Source: a virus
Taxonomy: Duplodnaviria > Caudoviricetes
Reading direction: 5' to 3' (one strand)
Virus record (IMG/VR): IMGVR_UViG_3300020420_000015
Location: 1-59,379 of that record
Length of the DNA stretch: 59,379 bases
Below are positions 54,247 to 59,379 of this stretch, piece by piece; within the stretch, counting starts at the first letter, position 1, and each line of letters begins with the position of its first letter. Under the pieces are notes generated by a model. It had not been told where the DNA came from and ran no database searches. It saw only the letters and a program-made list of their open reading frames with translations. A program made the position numbers and the translations under genes.

Positions 54247-55221
54247 TTAAATAGTTCCCTCAGCGGTAATGTCATCCGCAGAAACAATTTCACCTGTAGT
54301 TTTTATTTTAGCCACTCCTGTGCCATTGTAACTAAAAACTAACTCATTACTAACCACACTTAAAGTCCAGCTACCAAGCGTAAATGTACTGCCACTAATC
54401 GGTACAGTAGAAAAACTTAAATTGCCGGAGCCGTCTGTTTGTAAGTACTGACCATTTGTGCCGTCTGCTTGCGGATAAGATAAGCCGTCAAGAACAACCG
54501 AGCCTGTGCCATTAGGAGTGACACTGATATTTCCATTTGTACCATCGGCTATGGCAATAGTCCCAGAGTTGGTCCCACTGTTTGTGCTTAGTGTTAGGTC
54601 GCCTGTGCCGTTTGTTGTTATTGTAGCATCTGCATTGTTATCCCCAACCCTAACTGTGTCAGCGTCAAGTTGAACATCACCTGTTCCGTTTGGAGATATT
54701 ACCACATTGCCATTGCTGGTTGATGTAATGCTGTTGCCATTTACATCTAAGTTTGCTGATAGCTGTGGACTTGCATCATTAACCAAGTCTGTTGGCGGTG
54801 TTAGTGATTTAAATTTACCGCTAGAAGCGCCCCCACCATCTCCAGTTACAGCTTGAGTTGCCCCAGACGCAATCTCCACGCCATTAGATGTAGAGTATGT
54901 GTTACCTTTATAAATTATTCTACAGGCCGCATCGGTTTCGTTTCTAATTGTGTAAAACTTTTTCTGGTCTGTTGGAGTTACCCTAAGTTCAAATGTAGAC
55001 CCCGGTGTTCCAGAAAGAACCAAAACAGTCTTTTGACCATCTGAAACAGAGCCATCGTTTGTTGTTAGGTCTTGGCTACCAGTTATGGTTATGGCCGCCT
55101 GCCCATGCAGAGCCGCGTCAATGATGTCAAAGTTGGTATTGGTTGTTGTACCCCAAGTACCCGCTTGGTCACCAGTACCCGGTTTCTCAATCCCTGTATT
55201 AGTTGTATAGGTACTTGCCAT
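54247..55221 (-). CDS. Tail fibre protein
   Basis: MASTY....G...GTWG.TTN.N; repeated PNGTG; GQYLQTDGSGNLSF. Confidence 0.7.
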   Translation of the reverse strand: MASTYTTNTGIEKPGTGDQAGTWGTTTNTNFDIIDAALHGQAAITITGSQDLTTNDGSVSDGQKTVLVLSGTPGSTFELRVTPTDQKKFYTIRNETDAACRIIYKGNTYSTSNGVEIASGATQAVTGDGGGASSGKFKSLTPPTDLVNDASPQLSANLDVNGNSITSTSNGNVVISPNGTGDVQLDADTVRVGDNNADATITTNGTGDLTLSTNSGTNSGTIAIADGTNGNISVTPNGTGSVVLDGLSYPQADGTNGQYLQTDGSGNLSFSTVPISGSTFTLGSWTLSVVSNELVFSYNGTGVAKIKTTGEIVSADDITAEGTI

Positions 55222-55944
55222 TTATACCACCTTATTAGTCCATGTTTCTACTGATGTATTCGCGTCTATCTCTGTCCAGCTTCCGCTACCAGTGCTTGTT
55301 ATCTCTGTCCAGCTTTCTGGGCTTCCATTAGAATCCACCTGTACCCACAGTATATCACCATTTGCTGTTTTTAAGAACACACTGTTCATTTCTTGTGAGG
55401 CAAACTTTAAAAGACCACCCAGAGATTTAGTAATATCAAACTGCGAGTCCATACTAGACTCGCCAAATGTCAACAGTCCGCCTAAAGAAGTTTGTTCAAA
55501 ATTTATATCTTTTTCTGAAACCAAATAAAGCACAGTCAAGGCGTTTACTGTCTGTATAAAATTAGAGCTTATCTCGGCCACGCCTGACGCAACTAAAGAT
55601 GCCGCACTGGTTTGTGTAAAGTTAGCGTCAAGAGTTGCTTCTAGAGAAGCTATTATATTTGACGTTCCTGTTTGGTTAAATTGAGAACTAATTTGCGCTG
55701 GAGTTTGGTGAACCAGAGTTTGAGTTGATGTCTGCGTAAAATTAGCAGACATATCAGCTTCTGTTATTAGCAATCCTGCGGCAGCAGCCGCCTGTTTAAA
55801 TATAGATGTAATTTCAGCAGATGCTGGGGATATGAAGTTTTGTGAAGTCTCTTGTGTAAAATTAGCGTCAAGGTCTACACTGCCAAGAAATACTATTCCT
55901 TGACTTGAAAAACTATCTACAGAAAATCCCTGAACGCCAAACAT
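55222..55944 (-). CDS. Virion structural protein with ~25-aa internal repeats
   Basis: Repeated ANFTQT/SNFIQT; C-terminal WTEI repeats. Confidence 0.6.
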   Translation of the reverse strand: MFGVQGFSVDSFSSQGIVFLGSVDLDANFTQETSQNFISPASAEITSIFKQAAAAAGLLITEADMSANFTQTSTQTLVHQTPAQISSQFNQTGTSNIIASLEATLDANFTQTSAASLVASGVAEISSNFIQTVNALTVLYLVSEKDINFEQTSLGGLLTFGESSMDSQFDITKSLGGLLKFASQEMNSVFLKTANGDILWVQVDSNGSPESWTEITSTGSGSWTEIDANTSVETWTNKVV

Positions 55945-56123
55945 CAGTCTGCGTCCTGTATCGTGTTACCTTCAGCTACCCACTCAAGAATGGCTGCGTA
56001 GTCTGTGTTTTCAGGATTAATAGGCACAGATAAGACCCTATTACTGTCAACAATAGTTACTTGATAACTGCACAATTCATTTGTTCTTGGGTCTACATTC
56101 TTCTTTACTGTACTAATAATCAT
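55944..56123 (-). CDS. 59-aa fibre-associated protein (missing from ORF track)
   Basis: MIISTVKKNVD...VPINPENTDYAAILEWVAEGNTIQDAD; TGATG overlap with next gene. Confidence 0.75.
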   Translation of the reverse strand: MIISTVKKNVDPRTNELCSYQVTIVDSNRVLSVPINPENTDYAAILEWVAEGNTIQDAD

Positions 56124-56132
56124 AATTCATTC

Positions 56133-57239
56133 CTATAACTCTGCTGTTAAAGCAATTTTAGCACTTACATTACCAGTTCTGAAAAAACCTGAATGACCTG
56201 CTGTACCGCTTATCTCAGTTTGATTATAAAATTCTATAGCTGCCCTTTGAGAAATGCTTAATGTTACTGAATTAAATCCGTCAGAGGTATTATTTCTATA
56301 AAACAAATAATAATTTGTGCCAGTTGTTGCATCAAGAGTTGGTCCAGTTCTCATTTCTGTTGGTAACTTTAATGAACCATAAACATTTATACTATTATAC
56401 ATTGAACCCATACCAAACGTAGATGGAGCTGCTTCAGAGCCATCTGCAATTACAGTATAGTACCTCTGACACCTAGCCAATTCATCCCCAAATGACCTAT
56501 GTTCAAATGGTGTGGCCTGTTCGCCTACTTCAAGCTGTACGCCCGTGAGATAGAAGTTGTTGCTTGTGCTATCAAAAAAGTTCTGTTGCCCCACATATCT
56601 ATTAGCATTTCCTGAATCTTGCCAAGCAGTAGCTAATGTGCCGCTAGTATAATCAGTTCCAGCAAACAAACCCCACTGAACCGCTATTGTGTAATTGTTA
56701 TCATTGTCTAACGCAGTGGTAGTATCACCTGAAAATGTGACAGAGTGTTTTTCCCATGTGTTTGCGGCACTTACTGTATAACTTTGACTTTGAGTTCTTA
56801 CTGGTGATGTAAAATGCCACAATTCGCAAATATGCACTCCTGTTTTTGGAGACTTTACCCAAAATGAAAGTGTAACAGACTCTGCGCTTGATGTTCCATA
56901 TTTAAGCTGTTGAAGGTTTTGCCCTTCTAATATTTGACGCAATACAATAATTTCACTTGCACTGATTGAAGTGTCTGCCGTGGTAACATCAACCAACAGG
57001 CTATTTGCAAACCCTTGTCCAGTTGGTGTATCCGTAGATTGTTGTAGGTTAGCCACCGCACTAGCCGCACTCGTATAAACATTGAAACGGTCAACAAAAT
57101 ATATGGAATAACCATTGGATGTTGTTTGGTTTCCGCGTTGATGTATTTTCATCGCACCATTGATAATCAGATTTTTGCCCGTGATACCGCCAGCATCAGC
57201 CGAACCAGCTAGGTCTGCAAATTCCCTTGCTCTACTCAT
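56133..57239 (-). CDS. Tail fibre protein with carbohydrate-binding-like domain
   Basis: KNLIINGAM.I.QRG...TLSFWVKS...TGVQLEVG..ATPFEHR....EL..CQRYY. Confidence 0.75.
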   Translation of the reverse strand: MSRAREFADLAGSADAGGITGKNLIINGAMKIHQRGNQTTSNGYSIYFVDRFNVYTSAASAVANLQQSTDTPTGQGFANSLLVDVTTADTSISASEIIVLRQILEGQNLQQLKYGTSSAESVTLSFWVKSPKTGVHICELWHFTSPVRTQSQSYTVSAANTWEKHSVTFSGDTTTALDNDNNYTIAVQWGLFAGTDYTSGTLATAWQDSGNANRYVGQQNFFDSTSNNFYLTGVQLEVGEQATPFEHRSFGDELARCQRYYTVIADGSEAAPSTFGMGSMYNSINVYGSLKLPTEMRTGPTLDATTGTNYYLFYRNNTSDGFNSVTLSISQRAAIEFYNQTEISGTAGHSGFFRTGNVSAKIALTAEL

Positions 57240-57242
57240 GTG

Positions 57243-57641
57243 CTACTCCGGTTTATCAGGCCACACCACATCGTCAAGTGATGTGTAGGTTTTAGTTATG
57301 TCCCTTAATTGCTGTCTATAAACCGCCCTCTCTAAAGGCATATCTAAATCTGATGATGCCCACCAATCTGTTTCAGCAATAAGTCTATTTCGTTCTTCAC
57401 GCAGTAATTTTATAGGCTCTTTGTCATTAAGGTCGGCTAGTTTTATTTTAACCGTACCCCATGTTATTCCCGCCTTTTCCCAATCATCTGGGTCATCGGA
57501 TAGAATGGCTAAATCATTAGCATCTACGCCTGTTACAAGACGAAAGCCTGCGTTAAAGCTAATCGCGTCTGTAGGCTCACCGTGTAATACGAACCGACAG
57601 TTTGGGTCTAGTGCTAAGATTGCTTCTGATACTGATGCCAT
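57243..57641 (-). CDS. Tail fibre assembly chaperone
   Basis: LREERNRLIAETDW...YRQQLRDIT...WP.KP. Confidence 0.75.
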   Translation of the reverse strand: MASVSEAILALDPNCRFVLHGEPTDAISFNAGFRLVTGVDANDLAILSDDPDDWEKAGITWGTVKIKLADLNDKEPIKLLREERNRLIAETDWWASSDLDMPLERAVYRQQLRDITKTYTSLDDVVWPDKPE

Positions 57642-57644
57642 GAC

Positions 57645-58154
57645 TTATCCTACCAGTTGTCCGCGAAAATATGCGTATCTGTAAGCAGCATTAGCGTAAG
57701 CATCAGTCCCGTTATCCGACTTTGCGTAAATAGAAATATAGTCATTAACGGCTAGTGTGGCGTAGACACAATACTCTCCGTTTGTGCCGTATGCGCCACC
57801 TGACGGCTCTACTCTCAATTCAAACTCATTGAGACTGCTTCCATTTTTGTAAAATCTAAACCGATAAACGGTGGAACTAGTATTAGCAATTGATGCTACT
57901 GCAAAACTATAAGTCCCAGCGACAGGTACAGTAAATCTACCTGTCGATGTGTTGTAGTGACCTCCTACATTTACAAGAGCGGTGCTAAAAGACGTAAGTT
58001 CAACATAGCTAGTTGTTAAAGAAATAGTGCTATCGGCAACAGCCATAAAAATTGGTTTTACGGGCTGAAGCACTCTACCGCCGCTATCAACCGTTAGCGC
58101 ACTGTTCGAGTTCGTTGGGTCTTGGATTTCGGTGACTTTTAATATGCTAGTCAT
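57645..58154 (-). CDS. C1q-like domain protein
   Basis: KPIF...NVGGHYNTSTGRFTVPVAGTYSF...LAVNDYI...FRGQLVG. Confidence 0.8.
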   Translation of the reverse strand: MTSILKVTEIQDPTNSNSALTVDSGGRVLQPVKPIFMAVADSTISLTTSYVELTSFSTALVNVGGHYNTSTGRFTVPVAGTYSFAVASIANTSSTVYRFRFYKNGSSLNEFELRVEPSGGAYGTNGEYCVYATLAVNDYISIYAKSDNGTDAYANAAYRYAYFRGQLVG

Positions 58155-58696
58155 GCACCAATCTCCATTAAAGTCATTGTTGAAATGGGGGTTCCAAAGT
58201 AAGTGGTTGCATCAGTGTCGTTATGAGTTCTATTAACATAAACAGTATACGATGTGCTATAACCGCCAATGTCTATACTGTATTGAACAGCACTGGTTGT
58301 AGAAGGAGAGTCTAAATATTCAACTGCCCCTGCTATCATATCATATTGTGCGTCACCAGCGGAGTACTGAGAATATGAATAGGTAACTCGTTTTCTGTTA
58401 GAACCGCGTTGATTGCTTAACGCATCGTCAATAGGGGTTCCGTCTCTTAAAATTCTTCCTCTAAATGAAAAGTATTGTGATGCCAAACATAAAGAAGCCT
58501 TTACTAAAATTTTACTGTTAGTTGATTTGGGTGTGATATTACACCTCAGTCCTGTAACTTCAGCAAAATTAGGGCCGATAGCAGTTGAGAAACTGTCCTT
58601 AAAAACTGTCTGTTGTATCTGCAACACATGACCCGGAATTTCCACCCCGTTGTTTGTTGTCTTCTCATTTATTGTATCTACGAATAATGTTGACAT
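58151..58696 (-). CDS. Tail-fibre-associated beta protein (VLQ family)
   Basis: GHVLQ...ITPKSTNSKILV...LDSPSTTSAVQY...TLMEI. Confidence 0.7.
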   Translation of the reverse strand: MSTLFVDTINEKTTNNGVEIPGHVLQIQQTVFKDSFSTAIGPNFAEVTGLRCNITPKSTNSKILVKASLCLASQYFSFRGRILRDGTPIDDALSNQRGSNRKRVTYSYSQYSAGDAQYDMIAGAVEYLDSPSTTSAVQYSIDIGGYSTSYTVYVNRTHNDTDATTYFGTPISTMTLMEIGA

Positions 58697-58704
58697 TGTT
58701 TTCT

Positions 58705-59229
58705 CTAAGTTGCGTGAACAAGATGTCCCCAGAAAATTGACTGCCTATTTGAGGAGTCATGAATAGTGCAATTTTCTTCAGATTGAAAATATGCCTCTAC
58801 ATAATCAGATGAACCGTTCATCTGTAGCAAGCCTGTGGGCATGGGATATTCACCATTTGTAAAAGTATCTGATGCAGTTTGAAACTGGTTCATCAAGGCC
58901 GTTTCATCTCCCGCACCGTTTTTTCTTATATTAAAGGCAACAAGAGTTACAGTGCTATTTGATATTCTGACTGTGCCGCCGAATAAATACCAACCCGCAA
59001 CCTGTGGCGTGTATCTATGATTAGATGAATCCCAATAACTACCAGTATCAAGCACCACATTTTCCCATGTTATCTTCGCAAAGGCTGATGCTGTATAACT
59101 TTGGTCTGTATCAGTAGCATTTACTTGAAAGGCTACAGCTTTAGGTATAACAAGACCACTGCTATTAATTGTTATAGCACTTGTACCTGCCGCAGTTCTT
59201 ATCTGGTCTACATTTAATATAGAAGCCAT
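58705..59229 (-). CDS. C1q-like domain protein (allele B of 81..617 locus)
   Basis: Same MASILNVD start and same flanking genes as 81..617; AF...RYTPQVAGWYLF...DYVEAY...FWGHLV. Confidence 0.75.
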   Translation of the reverse strand: MASILNVDQIRTAAGTSAITINSSGLVIPKAVAFQVNATDTDQSYTASAFAKITWENVVLDTGSYWDSSNHRYTPQVAGWYLFGGTVRISNSTVTLVAFNIRKNGAGDETALMNQFQTASDTFTNGEYPMPTGLLQMNGSSDYVEAYFQSEENCTIHDSSNRQSIFWGHLVHAT

Positions 59230-59236
59230 CTGTGCC

Positions 59237-59379
59237 TCACAGTATTGTCAGATTACCGTTGACGGTAATTGTAGTTGATGAACCTATAGTCAATGGACCA
59301 ATTGCCAATGCATTTTTAGTTGAGGCTATTGTAGTATTTTCACTTACACTTTGTCCATTAGTGCGGAACACAGCCGTGT
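59237..59379 (-). CDS. Partial 3' end of a variant copy of gene 625..1353
   Basis: Aligns to 625-767 with about 11 substitutions, apparently all synonymous. Confidence 0.85.
   Translation of the reverse strand, partial: TAVFRTNGQSVSENTTIASTKNALAIGPLTIGSSTTITVNGNLTIL

Larger units (their letters stand above)
1..58619. mobile_element. Near-complete circularly assembled tailed phage genome (podovirus-like)
   Basis: terL, portal, capsid, tail tube, ejection and lysis genes; bases 1-77 identical to 58620-58696 close the circle; no host housekeeping genes. Confidence 0.92.

Noticed and set aside
1-59379. tRNA genes, introns/inteins or alternative genetic code
   Set aside because: No cloverleaf noticed by eye (tRNAscan-SE not run); terL, portal, capsid and helicase are uninterrupted and of normal size; coding density is high under the standard code.

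Overview
The window is an essentially complete, circularly assembled ~58.6 kb tailed dsDNA phage genome with a podovirus-like gene set, probably aquatic; the host cannot be read from the sequence. Bases 1-77 exactly repeat 58620-58696, and the last ~680 bases are a second allele of the locus at 78-767, carrying a different C1q-like receptor-binding gene. Modules: a leftward structural operon (terL, portal, groES, scaffold, major capsid, many small basic proteins, adaptors, a modular C1q/fibre array, tail tube, lysis genes, ejection proteins and a 2980-aa polyvalent protein); a rightward early operon (small ORFs, MoxR-like AAA+ ATPase with a vWA/metallopeptidase partner, HNH); and a replication/recombination block (Twinkle/T7 gp4-like primase-helicase, RusA, PD-(D/E)XK exonuclease, Sak-like annealase). 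I recognise no DNA polymerase, RNA polymerase, integrase, tRNA or CRISPR array. The most striking unannotated signal is in the early operon, which is punctuated by hammerhead ribozymes. Two pseudoknotted type I hammerheads start at stop codons (22821, 23587) and share a tail that refolds into a 5' hairpin after cleavage. A third, variant-core type III hammerhead (22397) has a stem III that sequesters the Shine-Dalgarno of the first early gene. A 16-bp palindrome, TTGTAC-N4-GTACAA, occurs about 13 times across the genome. All protein calls come from motif recognition by eye and all RNA folds from manual pairing; no database search or folding program was run.
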